NCBI GenBank assembly: GCA_028023455.1
Contig: JAQFVV010000003.1
Span: 27,218,001 to 27,282,000 of the forward strand
Source of the DNA: Epiperipatus broadwayi
Taxonomy: Eukaryota; Animalia; Onychophora
Length of the DNA: 64,000 nt
Direction of reading: 5' to 3'
Numbering within the stretch: the stretch's first letter is position 1; every line of letters starts with the position of its first letter. A program made the translations under genes and the position numbers. The notes beneath the pieces were generated by a model, which saw only the letters and a program-made list of their open reading frames with translations, was not told the origin of the DNA and ran no database searches. Shown one piece after another: positions 48,720 to 63,049 of this stretch.

Positions 48720-51480
48720 GTGTGCTTATATAAGTGAATTACATGTTTGCACTATATATCATTTTCACTTTCAACCATTATCAATCCACTGTAGGATGAA
48801 CATCTTTCCAAGTTTAATCCAGTTTCTCCAATTTCTAATTTCTTCTATCTACATTACCCCATCAAATTGCCTTATTCCATCCATTCATCTCATATATGAT
48901 CTTTCTAAATCTTTTACAATCTGAAATTCAATTTAAAACTTCAACTGTCCATCTATTATCTTTTTTAACAATATGTCCAGAATTAGCTCCATTTCAGTCT
49001 CTTAATTCTTTCAATGATGTCATGATATAAAATTGTTCTCTCACTCATGTATTTTATTTTTTAATCTCTTCTCATTAACTTTAATATACATATTTCCATA
49101 CTTCATTAAGTGATCTGAAGTCTCTGTGTTACTTTTCTCTTAAACATCAAGTTTCAGATCCATCTAAGTGAGAACTAGTAAAAATAACTTATATTAAAAA
49201 CCTTTCTTTTCAAACATATAAGAATATTTCCTTTTAATATTATTTTTATCAAAAGCACTCCATTCAAGTTTAATTATTTGATTAATTTCATTCATTATGT
49301 TTCTAGTTACATTAATAATCTGATAAAGGTATTTATAATTATTAATTTCTTTTAATTCATCATTAACAATCTTTATTTTCTTCTTTTGAGAAAAACCATT
49401 AGACATTATTTTAGTCTTTTTTAGCATTTATCTTTAATCCTACTTTCTTACTGTTATCTGATCACTAAACATATTTCCTGAAGCTCTGAATGATTATTTA
49501 CAAAAACTAACCACATCATCGGCAAAATCTAGATAATTTAAATAATGTCTACTTACTTTTACTAGAGCTCTTAGTTTCATATTTTTATCCACAAAATATT
49601 TCTTGTAAAATTGCTACAAAACATTTTGGAGATATGGAAGGAATTACCCTGACATACATTCTTATCAATTTTAATCTTCTTAGTATCTCCATATCATATA
49701 ATCATTCCTATTGTATTTTAATAAATATTCTCCATAATACAATACTATCCCAGATCTATATCATGATGATCCAAAACATTAATCACCATGAAAATGTTTA
49801 TAGAATCAAATGGCTTTTCATAATCTACAAATCCAAAGCATAATGACAATTCATATTTATTGATTCTTTTTATAGCTTCCTTCAATACTTGAATTGAACC
49901 ACAATGTTCTTTAAGTTAGTTAGAATCCAAAGCTTGCAACAGATGAGTTATAGTTTTTTTAATCACTTTTCTTAAATATTAAGATTGCATTTCCCCAATT
50001 ATCTGATACATTTTTATCATTTAAATCTTTGGTATATAAAACTTTGCCAACAGTTTTTCTATTTTTTTTAAGATATCAAAAATAATTTCATCACTTCCGG
50101 AAACTTTTCCTTCTTCATAGATTTAACTACATATTTTACCTTTTCATTTAAAATGCTGGTCAATTCAAAAGATATAATAATTGTAAGAGACACCCTGCTT
50201 TCTTGTTATTTATTATTCTATAATTCTTTATAGAACTCTTCCAAACATTTCATGATGTCACCTTTCTTTTTAGTAATAGTTCCATCTTTTTTTCTTCTTA
50301 TTGCTGAAACAATTTTCCTTCTGTACCAAGATGTTGTTTACATTTTTGAGATTTTTATTCTCTTCTATAGTTTTCCTTGCCAATTCACAATTACATTTTC
50401 TTATATCAATATTGACATTTTTTTGCGCCATTTTACAAAACTCTAGATATTCAATTTCTCTTAATAGATCGTTTTTTTTTAAATTCACATATTCCATCTT
50501 TGTGTGTTCTTATCTCAATAAAAAATTTACTAGTAAATTACTATCTTTTTGTACTAGCTATCATTCTCTCTCTTGTAACTCTTGATAGATCTTTTTGATT
50601 TCAATTAATTCTGAACCATTTTCAAAGTCTGTTAATATTTTAAAATGAATTATAAGGTTAGGAATATTAATTGTTAATATCTATTTTTTTTTTATAGTTT
50701 TTGTGTGTCTCTAGTTTTGCATTATCATGTATCTTACATCTCACTAAATATTGATTACTTCTTGTGTTGAACTATTAAGAACATTACAATCTTGAAATAC
50801 ATATTTTCTGTTAGTTAAAATATAATCCAATTCTTCCACTCTTTCATTTGAATATTTCCAATGTTCATTTTTGTTTAGAATTTTTTTTCTCAGACAAAAA
50901 AATTATAATATATACTTCTTGATTTTATGCAAATTTGACAAGTCTTGTGTCTTCTCTCATTTCTGTCATTATAAGCACATTTTCCCACCACCCTTGCATG
51001 TTTTAATTATTTTCTAATTCTAGCATTGACCAAAAGCGTTTTGTACATCCAAATAAGAATCCCCTATTCCTTTAGTACGACGAGAACTTGCAGAGACATA
51101 AACTTGAATTATCTGCATTTGCTATCTTCCATTAGTTTGAATAGCTAAACTTGCACTCTATCCATCATACTATCGATCTCCACTTCTTCCAATTTTTATT
51201 TATCATAAATTCTAATTGTTTTGTGTTTTCAATATTTATGCTCTTGTAACAAAGCACATGACCACTTTTCAAATCAGTAATTTTATCAACTTTTCTTCTA
51301 ACTACACAATGTTTAACAATGAATGTCTAAAGCTTTATTTGAAAGTACTTGGCAGTTGTAGGTAACTAAATAAAAGGGTCATCATTGAAAGGCAGCCTGA
51401 ATCCAAATCAGAATTCTTAGCACCCCTGCCCTCAGCAATCAACTGCTGCCTTGCCTGGCAACCAACTTTATGAAAAGCTA
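48720..51480 (-). mobile_element. RTE-clade LINE, near full-length ORF2, decayed
   Basis: APE IQVYVSA near 51100; RT YLDFADDVV near 49520; KKTKIMS...NYKYL...EINQIIKLEWSAF near 49200-49430. Confidence 0.85.
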
Positions 51481-51995
51481 TATTCAATTTTGTCTATCAT
51501 GATTGTAAATATCTATAAAAATAATTTAAAGCACTCTCTATACAATATAAGTTAAACTCGATATATTTCTATCAAGTTACTTATAACAATATAATTTTCT
51601 ATCTATATTCAGCATATGATATTATTCATTTTTATATCAAAAGTTTAAATTGCATGGGTTTGTATAAATATCGTGAACACCAGTTTATTAAAATGAAATC
51701 TAAAGCAAAATTATTATATGCAATTTACAATATTTATAATAAGAGGATTTGATTGCAAAAAAAGAATAGTATTTTATATACTTCAACATTTTGTGGTCTA
51801 ACGTATACTCACTCTTGGGCTAGTATAAAAATGTATTGGTTTAAAAATCAGTCATGTGATAGCATGTTATGGTGTGTGTGTGCATTACACATGTAAACAT
51901 ATAGAAATATACACAAACAGTATATATAATGCATTTAGAATTGAAAGGTGAATATTTTCAAATATGTATAATAAATGCAAATATCTATTATTTAC

Positions 51996-52224
51996 TTGGA
52001 GATGTATTCCCACTTAGTTGTACACTTGTTGAAGATAAATTATGCTTTCTTGGAGAAATTGCATATTTAGATGATGATCCCTTGAATGAATTAGACTCAT
52101 TGGAATGTTTATTTGCTTTCTCATTGGATAAGGACTGTAAAGAACTGTGAATTGCCTTTGCATTCTCATTAGTTAATTTTACAGATGACTGGTGAGTTGA
52201 ACTAGGAGTTAACGAAGGAAGTAC
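51996..52224 (-). CDS. NEDD1: NEDD1 internal Ser-rich exon (VLPSLTPSSTHQ...SGNTSP)
   Basis: tttgtag acceptor, gtaaat donor, 229 nt open, phase 0 in and phase 1 out; compatible with both neighbouring exons. Confidence 0.8.
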
Positions 52225-54145
52225 CTACAAATAGGTGCGAACACATATTAACATATACTAGAAAAATACATTTTATTTTAAATATTTTTTTTGATGTTAG
52301 TATTACATTTATACACATATTAACATATATATATATAATATTTACATTTTCTTATCCACTACTTTCTTTGATATATATTCTAACTATTCATTAAAATAAT
52401 AATTATTTTAAATTGAAGTGCAGTAAATTTTGTTATTTTTATATTATAACTTGGGAAAATCTATAAACAACCTATAAATCTCATTAAACAAATTGTTAGT
52501 AAAATTTTTTTTACTATATATCATTAATAACTACATGTATGCAAATATGGCTGATCTCCACAAAAATAAAAATAAAAAAGATTAAAAAATGAGTTTTGTA
52601 ATAACAATACAAATCAATAACCACATATACCTCATGAGGATCATTTAGATTTTTTGACATCTTATGTTGCTGGCTTTTAATTTCTACAGAAAATATTATT
52701 TTAAAAAAAATTTCAACATCTTATCTAATTATAGTTTTCCATTGAATTCTATCCTATGCCATGTTCTACCAATGAAACAATCAATAAAACACTTCTTTTA
52801 GAATGGCTTTGTGATAATTCTTATAACATAAAAAAAATCTGCCAATCCTACAAACACCATGTTCAAGTTAACCATGAAATATTTCATTAGACAGTTTGCC
52901 ATTGTTCATTTATTTCACATTTCCAATTTAACAAAAATGTGCCTTTATAATAATAGATTCAATAGCATAATATCCAGCATGTTGAGAGCAGTGATTAGTT
53001 AGTCTTATGGTATTGCCATCATATATTGAGAATTTTACAAAATTCCTCATATAAAATTTCTTCTTTGCCTTTGATAAGAGCTCTAAGTCTCATTTCTATA
53101 ATAAAATGGGAAAAATAACAGCCCAATTTACAACTAATTTAGATGTGGTACTTATATCTCTACGATAAATTACCTTAACTTTTAATTTGTTAAAAGGCAG
53201 CATGTCAACAACTATATATGCCTTTCCACTATATTATATAGATAAATAAATAATAACCAAAACAAACTACATCAATTTTGTTCAACTAAAGAAGAAAGAA
53301 AAAACATTGCAAATCCAGTTAAAATAAAGCTTAAAAAGCACATTTTAATAATAATAATAATAAATCATTACTAACAATCATTAAAAAGAAGTCAAACAAA
53401 GCATTTTTTGTCAATAATAAGTAAAAATTAAAATAATTAACTTTAAAAATATTTACAACACATACAATAATTAACATACATAAAGAAAATTAAACACAAA
53501 AATTATGAGTGCACACTCCCCTTAATTAAAATAATAAAAAACAGACACTGAACAGAAACAACCACTGCCATAACTGAATTTCTTAATGTTAAGTCCACTG
53601 AGAATTGTAAGTTATCATAACTTTGGCTTCATAACAAAAAATTTATGATAAGTAATTTAATCATGATAACTCTATTTTAATATTGCAAGAATGAGGTAAT
53701 GCACCAATACAATATAGTAGTTACTTTTATGAGAGGGTTTTATGGTACAAATCAGGATTCCACTCAGTTGTGAAAAGACAAGTTAGACACCTTTGTGTAG
53801 AATTACTGAACATTTTAATGATTTATTAAGCATTTGAATTAGCAAAATAATTAGTTTAAATTTCCAATGTATAAAGTCTTTAGACTGGACATCTTTCTCT
53901 TGAGAAAATATGCTTAAGATTAACAAAAAAAAAAAGTGAATCAAAACAATTTGTTTCATGCAGATTAATTTCTGACAGATTGAATTATTTGATCAGATGA
54001 TTCATTATCTGATAGAGCAAGATTCAATCCATTAATTGTAATGGCTACTACTACTTCATCTATTCCACACAATTTATTACTGTCATTACTATTCTCTAAT
54101 AATTTTCTATTTGTGTATGGCGTATAAATTACTTCTGCATTTTTC

Positions 54146-55080
54146 TATAGGACACTTTGCAGCAATATTATGTATATTATCACAACAAAAATATTTTGTC
54201 TCTCTTCCTGAATTATAATACTAGTTATATGAAAATTGTTCAACCAACTTATCTTAATTATCTTAAGAATTAAACTTCCAGATATTAGCTTACATTGTAT
54301 GTCAAAAAGTTCAGACAAATTGCTTAACAGTTTTATGAAAGTTTCTTTACTAAAGAAGAAGAGTACATTATATACATGTTTATTATTTAATACTTTTAAA
54401 AGTGATACAACTTCTTCAAGGTGCATGTCTGAATGTTTCCAAATGGTAGCCAATGCTAAATATAATTTATTCAGTCTTTTTGAATATTTTGCAAGATCAG
54501 AATCTGAAAGAATAAATTAATCATTATTTTCATCTATAACTTCAATTAAATATGATTATGAATGTACAAGAATTCCCAGAAAAATTCCAAGCTTCTATAA
54601 TTCTTCCAAATTACTATTAGAAGTTAGAATTTTTCAGTATTGATAAATGAATGCTAACAGCTACAAAAGAGTCAATAATAAGAGCTCTTTTTTCCCAGGC
54701 ACTCCCCAGGAATTTTTGAGTATTTGCCTTAATTTGTGACTAGTTTTTATTTTCAGCATGCCATTAAAGATCAGAAAATTTATTTTTACTATTCTGTATA
54801 GTTTTCCATTTTTTTGTAGGTGACAATTTACCACAAACTTTAATCTTTTATAAAACTATTATCAGATTCAATTATAGAGACTTGAAAGTTTAGGCAAACT
54901 ATCCATATGCATTTTCTATAATTCTATTTTTCAGCATATTAATAAAATTGTCAAATGCAATATCAAATAATTATCCCTAATAAATTTTCTTGTTCAATCT
55001 TTCTTCAGTTGTTTCAGTTCTTCCTTACTTGACATTATCATCACAATAACGTTTATCATCAAAACTCGTTACTAAATAAA
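54146..55080 (-). mobile_element. hAT transposase C-terminal remnant
   Basis: FDDKRYCDD...TEERLNKKIY...LFDIAFDNF, then a dimerisation-domain-like ELFDIQCKL...LKIIK...IQEERQN with stops. Confidence 0.55.
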
Positions 55081-56108
55081 CTTTTTATGGAGATAATATG
55101 TTACACCTTTTAAATAAAAAAATTTCAATGTTGCAAAAATACTATAGTCTATTAGATTAAGGCAATGGTATTATGAAGATAATCAATTAAACTTTGCAAA
55201 CAAATGATACAATAAAAAGTTTAACAAGAATAAATCAATATTCAAAAGTTTTATTCCAATAAAGATATAATAGATGTTAGAGATCGAACCCCTTCTAAGT
55301 AATCCTGAGAGTGAGCTTGAAGTTTTTTTTTTTTGATAAATTAGCTGCATAGAATAATTTTAACAAAGAGAATGGCCATAAGATTTGCATTATTGAAAAA
55401 ATAAGACATCAACATTCAAATGCGATAAAAATAAATATAGTATATAATTGACAAACTATAAGATAAAGATACACATGTATTATATCAGTGTTTTCACATA
55501 ATATAATCATCATAAAATCACTTTATCTAATACTATTATATATATTTCTTTTTTCCATTTGTATATTAAAAAAACATAACAAATTCAGCAAAAAGAAAAC
55601 AAAACAAATTCAATCATAGGCTTTAATATATATATATATATAACATTTCAATAGTTCCGGATAATCATAATAAATGAGTCTGTTACAGCTCCTAATTGTT
55701 TAATGTTGTTTAATTTTAATATGACAATGCAAAATCTTTTTTGAAGCACAAAAATGTGAATACAGAACTGTACTATGTGGAAGATTAAGTTCTAGACTAT
55801 GTAAATTGTTTGTAATAAATTAAACGTATGGAATTAATATTGTTTTTACAAATAAATTGTTTGATAAATTCAACCATGAAAACAAGTTTATAGTACATTA
55901 TGTAAAAAAAAAAATTATCCCAAGTTATTTGACTACTAGACAATTTGCTTTTTTTTTTTTTTTTAAATAATCAAATAATTCCTTCTTTCTGGAGAAGGGT
56001 TATATGTCAGGATAAATGATGTCTATTTGAAAACCAAAATAAATACATTAAATAAATTTATATAAATTACAAACTACAAATATATATATATAATAATAAA
56101 ATAATTAC

Positions 56109-56266
56109 AGAATTCTGATCAACTTTAGGCAAAGTAGGTATATGAATATCAGAATCAGCTAATCCAGTAGGAACAGGTCGAGTACCCAAAGTAGAAGCAT
56201 CACCAAGACCAATAGGATTCTTTCTTTCAATACTCTCCCCATTATCAGGAAGAGGAGAAAATATAT
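56109..56266 (-). CDS. NEDD1: NEDD1 internal exon ((D)IFSPLPDNGESIERKNP...VDQNS)
   Basis: ctattacag acceptor, gtaatt donor, 158 nt, phase 1 in and phase 0 out. The D[IM]FSP and RKNP motifs also occur in vertebrate NEDD1. Confidence 0.87.
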
Positions 56267-58899
56267 CTGTAATAGAAAATACATATATGTATATACATTT
56301 TTCAAATAAATTTTAATTAAAAATATGACAATATGTAATTATTTCAGTAGATCAATTAAGTAAGACAAATGATAGACTTAAATATTAACGTGTCTAATAT
56401 CATCAAAAATGAAAATAATGAAATCCAATATGCTGTTCTTTCATATAAATTATAACAAATAATAAAAATCATATATAACAGCTAATATAAATATATATTA
56501 ATCATACATAACAAGCTTTTTTCAGCATATATTAGCTGTTCCTATATGATTTTTAGTATTTGTTACAATTTATTTGCCAAAATAATATAATTTGATTTAC
56601 ACATGCCAAACTTTCGGAAGTCACATCTTTGATATCATCCATTTTAGATAAATTCATCAATTAACCATGATCAAACATTCATCACACTAAAAATTATCAT
56701 ATTATTCCCAGCTCAGACATAATAAATTTATCTACATTATTATTTCTAATAATTATTTTTAGAGTAAAATATTAAAAGATGTGGTACTTTATTATTATGA
56801 GACATGATAAGATATATAGAAATCTGAAATCATTCAAATAATAAGGGGGGAAAAATAAAATTGTTATCACATTGTAGTGGAATATTTATATTAGAGATAA
56901 TGCTAATACAATATACTTATCACAAAACAAGTCAAATCTCCTACCACACACATACTAACTTATCATATTAATAAACCATACAAATATAAAAAGAAATGAA
57001 GAAAATTAATTTATTTGACATTTCATCCAACTCATTGAGCTTCTTCAAAAAAAAAAAACCCTGTCTATTGCAGTTTCTTAATAAAAAAATTATAATCACA
57101 CATAAAACTCAAGATTGAGACACATATTCTTAATATGTTAAATGTTTACCACTAACACATTAAAAACAGTTATGCTAGTTTTTATATAATTCTTCATTTA
57201 CTATTCATTAGAAGATTGTGATTTTTGTTAACAAAAACATTTTGTCCCTATTTCCAAAAAAGTTATATTAAGCTAGACAAAATATCAGAGATAAGTTTTC
57301 TTTCTATTAATTTAGAGATATTTTTTTAGCAATATAATCTAATCAATATATTCACCTACTATACTTTATATTTGAGTTTGGATCCACATAGAGTAAAAGC
57401 TTTAAAATGTTTTCAAAAGACTTAGAATTTTTCTTTTATGTAGCTAGCCCATTAATATGTATAAATATTATTCTTAGTTTTTTTTTTTTTAAAAAAATAT
57501 TATTATTCTTAGTTAGAGGTTAAAACAAGAATGGAAAATCACTCAAATCCTCACCATCCGGCAAATAAAAAGTTTGATGATAGTGCCTTCTTCTGTCTTT
57601 CACTGTTCCTCTAATAAGGAGTTATTGGAGAAACCTTTGTTAGAAATTCTTTTACTTAGATGTATACATATATGATCTACTAGAAATCTTCTGGTACTTG
57701 CTAGAAATGCAGAGCATTGCCTTAAAAATTTTTAATTAAATGTACATACTTATTTAATTTCGGAAATTATTTATGTATCAGAATATTAAAATTTGTACAA
57801 AAAGCAAAATCATACTATAAAAGATTGTTTTTGCTTATTTGAAATATATTTTATTTCATTATCACACATAAATTGCAACATATCAAAGAATATGAGCAGG
57901 CAATCCTTTAATATTGTAACTAAAAATATAATACTTTTTATATAATTTCATATAACAATTTTATGAAGTTGTTTTCAATTAAAATGCACGTTAGAATACA
58001 TTAAACATAAAAGTTAATAGTTGTAATTTCAATTTTTTGACTGTCACCCCTTCCCCTACCTCCATTTTTTTTTTCACTTAATTTTTAATACATATACATA
58101 CTATTACAGACCTTGTGCTGTGACTGTATCACATCCTCCTGCATAACTACAACCTAGTTTCAAAGCGAGGCCAGGTAAACTTAAATGTTTTTCCCGAATT
58201 TAATGAAGATTAGAAATTTTCTTTCTAATAAATGGTCTATAATTAACCCAGATAATCATCTAATAATTAGCTATAGGTAATATAAGGATAGAAAACTATC
58301 CACGATCTCACTATCTTGTTTAAGAATAATTAATGGTTGAACTTTTTATAAATTTTATTCTTTTATATATAAATATAAAAACAATAATGATATATACGGA
58401 TACATACATAAAATTGATTCATTTTTGCTATATGACTTTCAATAAACTCTATGTTCTGAAATAACTTTAACTGAGTTACTATTGGGTCACATATTTTTTT
58501 AAAATTATGAGCACATTTGCTATTTTTTAATTATGCTATTCGTAAATTAAAATTAATTTATATAAACAGTAGTTTCTTTCTCCCTTTATATCTGTGTATG
58601 ATTCCAAGTCAATGAGCAAATAAAAAAACTTGGGGATATTAGCAAATTATAATTACTATTTGTTTTTGACATCCATATATATGGATATGTAGGGATAATG
58701 CATATGCACTATAAACTAAAAAAATTAAAGTTTCTTTTTAATTTCCAAATGTTAATAATTAAAATTATGGATATGGAAATTTTTTTTTATTATTAAATTC
58801 ACGATTGCAATTATTTACTCCTATTATATGACAATTTGCAACATATAAAAGGCACATCAACAAAAAATGTATGTACTATATACAACAGTATAATACATG

Positions 58900-59894
58900 C
58901 CGTGTTTCCCTGAAAATAAGACTGGGTCTTATATTAATTTTTGCTCAAAAAGATACTGTAGGACTTATTTTCAGGGGATGTCTTATTTTTTTCATGTACA
59001 TTTATTTAAATTTTTCTCTTTACAGAAAGCTGAAAGATTCTTATCCCCAGAGCCCCCACCACTACCACCATCACAATTCGTTTCTTGTACTCGCTGGAAT
59101 AGGGTCTTTCTTTTTTGCAATCATTTTATCTGGCGATCAGAATATTATTCCATTTAAATTTAACATTAAATTAAGTGATAATTGAAGACTTGCGAGACAG
59201 CAGTGGTAACAAACAAAACAAAAAAATGCAAATACAAAAATTCAGAAAAAGTTTCTGTATTTCACATGTGGGCATTAAGTATGTCCATACATTATCAAGT
59301 GCACACATTGTAAACACTTTTCAGATTACTTGTAATAACCCTGTTTGGGTATTCTTTTAAAAAAACTTTTCTTTAGGAGAAAGATTGATGATTTAACTTA
59401 AGCTATCCTTTGATTATTAAAATCACTTCTGTTATTTTAATAAAATCTTTTAGGAAGAAAAAAATGTTTAAGAGGTCAAACTAATTTTTCTTTTATCTTA
59501 AACATTTAAAAGCTACCATGATGAAACTAAAACTAAATCAAGCATTCTAAATCTAAGTATTAAATATAAATAAAATAAATACCCAAAAATATATAAATGA
59601 AATTATAAATCACTCTATCTACTGACTTCTAGTAGATAAATTGTTTCTCTATAAAGGTAGAAATACATTTGTTGAAAATTGTTGACGGAAAAATACTAAA
59701 GAACTATATAATATGTATTACTATTTATTTACAGCATTAATGTCAATAATATTGTTTATTTATACACTCATTACTTTATACATCCATCGATATGTGGCTG
59801 ACGACTTTAAATAGGACTTTTATTAGAAGCATCCTGAAAAATCATGCTAGGACTACTTATTTTCTCATTAGGTTTTATTATCCGGAAAACATGG
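58900..59894. mobile_element. Tc1/mariner-superfamily non-autonomous element, ~1 kb
   Basis: 5' ccgtgtttccctgaaaataagactgggtcttatattaatttttgctc and 3' catcctgaaaaatcatgctagg...ggttttattatccggaaaacatgg|ta form imperfect TIRs. Confidence 0.75.
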
Positions 59895-60949
59895 TACTAT
59901 ATATAAATGGCTGACTAGTTGGAAACATGACTAGATTGAAGCACGTCTATTAAAATTTGAGGAATTGCTATCTTAATATAAACTGAGCAACGATTATATA
60001 CATATGTGGGAGATTATGATCTGACTCAGCTGATTCTGAACAAAATAAGCATATTGGGGATCATATATTTTTTTCACATATATGTGATCAGTTTGAGATG
60101 GATTGGAGGATGAATGAACTGAAAAATCCTAAGTTCAAATCCTTCTAAATACTGAAACGGTCAGTTTCATCCATCTGCCCATTTCACTTATGTTACCCTC
60201 ACATCTATCTATATGCCAGGTTTAAACCCTCCCAGAGTACCCATCTGAATAACATATAAATTATTATAGATGCAGAATCACGTATATATATATATATATA
60301 TGCGAGCAGTATATCCGTAATTTAATTGAATATGTATAGATTACAGATATGTATCAATTTTATAAATATTTCTAAATTAGGAAATATTTTAGTCTAAACT
60401 ATTTATGTTAATGGTATATATTTTACAGATAGGTAAATTCATTTTATAGACATTTCTATTTTAAGAAATATTTTAGTTAAATTATTTAGCAACTTTATTA
60501 TTGTATTAGTGAAATCGCATATGCATATTTCCTGTTATTCTGCATTTATTCTACCGCCTCTGGTTATAAAGTGTTTTCTGCTAATTACAGGGTAATTTTG
60601 TCAAAAATAACATTCGATTTTGTAAAACAGATTTAATGTAGGTCACGCATCTAGTCCTAAAACAGTCCTAAAATAGCATGGATATTGTTTGAAATATATA
60701 ATGTTAACAACAGATAAGCAAGAAAACAGAATCTAAATTACTTTGTTATCACTAAAATTGTTTGTCTAAATAAAGAAATGAGTTTTTCTGCCAGTGGGAA
60801 TAATTAAATGTTTGGCTAAAATAAAATGGATTGTTCAGCTACGCAAAAAAATAACAGGTGTGCAGATTTCAAAAGGTATAAATACTTGAAGTTTTATTAA
60901 CAAGGAGATCAATCATATATATATATTAAGTGAACTATAGGCCGAATCC

Positions 60950-61290
60950 ACGTCGGTTTCACCTTAAAATGTGCGAGTAGAGGCCGTAATTCACTGCCTC
61001 TCCTCACGGAGAATGGAGAGCTTCGGTCCAATGAAACCTAATGCCATCACCAGCAAAAGTAGCCCATGGAAAAATCTCTGTTAACTGTGCATCATCATCA
61101 AGTGTCAACTTATTATCGTCCCAAGTGCTTCAAAACCAGCTGCAATGGAAACAACTAAACGGTAAATTTTCTCAGAGCTCTTGTCTATAAACTGTGACTT
61201 TCGTTTCTCTATTTTTTAAAAGCTAGCTATTCACTAAATCTGCTTTCATCAAACACCTTTACTAAAATCTACAAAGAAGATTGTTAAATG
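60950..61290 (-). mobile_element. Possible LINE RT fragment
   Basis: IFFVDFSKG... and a downstream FAGD resemble the DFSKAFD and FADD motifs, but spacing is short and frames are broken. Confidence 0.3.
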
Positions 61291-63049
61291 CTAAGTCTTG
61301 CCTGATTATAAAATTTAAATTCTCTTTTATAATGTAAAACTCGAATTCTCTTTTAAATTGTAAAACTCCTAATAATCTATTTCAAATGTACAATTTTCTG
61401 CGGTCTTTTTATGCCTATTTCTAAATCTATTCAATTTTATTTTATGATTTTATCATTTTAATATAATATGTGTATTTAATATGCCAAATGACTCGAAACC
61501 GCAAGTATTTCTAAATATCATTTTAGCTTATCGATTTGCGAAGATAATTTCAAATCTTCACTATAATTTAATATTAATCAATTGAATTATTATTCTTCAT
61601 TCTCACTTGCTGTTTTGAGATCATATTATGTTACTGATTAAGTTTTGGGTATCAATATTATAATAATCAGTTATCTAGCTATTTTATGCAGTTTGCTTAA
61701 TTTTAGTTATGAATTATAACTATTTATATATATAACTCATATATCACCGGAACTAGCCACAGAAATATTCTCAAAGCATATTTTAATATTTTATTCGTAA
61801 TTACCCCACAAATATGCTTTATCCTCCTTAGATTTATTTATGTTGAGATGCAGGTGATAATATTAAACTAGGTTACTAATTAATTTAGTCCCTTAATAGT
61901 ATATTTAAAATACTAAATTTGAGAACTGGATTATATAGATATGCAAATATACGCTATCTAATATTAAGGCACGATAATGTAATGTTACGCGATTGCGTTA
62001 TATATATGTATAAGTTGCGGATGTGTCTTTACAAAGTACGCAATGTACACTTATCAGCTTGCTGCATGATTTTCGATGACGTGCTGGCGGAGGTCACTCT
62101 CATCCACTTTAGTTCGGGTTCAAGCACACTTTTAGAACTAGGGCACAAGGACCTAGATGATTCATAATGCTTATCCGACTACCTGAACTACTAATGTTCT
62201 TATTCGTGGCAAGTTGAGCGGTCTTAGGGCAAACCGAGTCTTTGGAGACTGAAGCCCGTGAATAATGACCCATTCGCATCTTTTTGCTTAATTAATATTT
62301 TAATATGTGCCATAGAGGATATAGGTAAACCTATCATAAATCAGTTTTCTCTCCCTTTTATATTAAACGCTTATCTAGCATTAGTATACATCCTAATCTA
62401 GGTTAACATGCTAACCTGCATATCTCTGAGCCTAATTACATGCTCAGAATTAACTTTGTATTAAATATACGCCATAGGAGCGTTATGATAGTTAGTTATA
62501 TAGCTTTGGCTATAAAGTTCCGCTTGATCTAGTAGACTACAAAAGAGCTAGAAATTTGGCATATTAATTAATATAGGCATGAAATTCCAATACCGCTCTA
62601 CACATTATTAAACGCTTATAATGAAATATATAACATGAATCTCAGCAGTTATCTAACGCCTGTGAGCGTTATACCTCACGTTCCCACCATATAATTTGGT
62701 ATGTTTTAATTTATTGTTTGCTATTGTTTTATTAAAGTAATAATATTTAAAATTATAACTTGTTTGCATATTTTATTGTCCGTGAATTCATTTTATCCAA
62801 CTCTATATTTAATTACACATACACTATTTCATATATATGTAGATCAGCCTGTTAAGTTCTATAATTAATTACTTAGCCATATGTGTATATATCTTATCAA
62901 ATCAGTGATAAATTAGTTAAATTATGAGTCTCTTGTTTTACCGGGAGTGACTGCTGGACCGAGAGTGAATTGATTGTCTGTGTACGTTGAGGAATGTCAT
63001 CCATAGGGTAGTAAATCATTGAGCAGAGGTGAAAGGGTTGAATGTTGGT

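Noticed and set aside
53940-54100. 47-codon open stretch on the minus strand as an extra NEDD1 exon
   Set aside because: No usable donor before the stop, and the flanking exons already join in phase.
57555-57610. Phase-compatible 56-nt candidate NEDD1 exon (GTVKDRRRHYHQTFYLPD)
   Set aside because: Good donor (G|gtgagg) but a weak acceptor and no similarity to NEDD1; needs RNA evidence.
60900-62300. CpG-retaining region as the NEDD1 promoter
   Set aside because: The WD40-coding exons must lie upstream of 56266 and were not found before this point; a TE origin is more likely.
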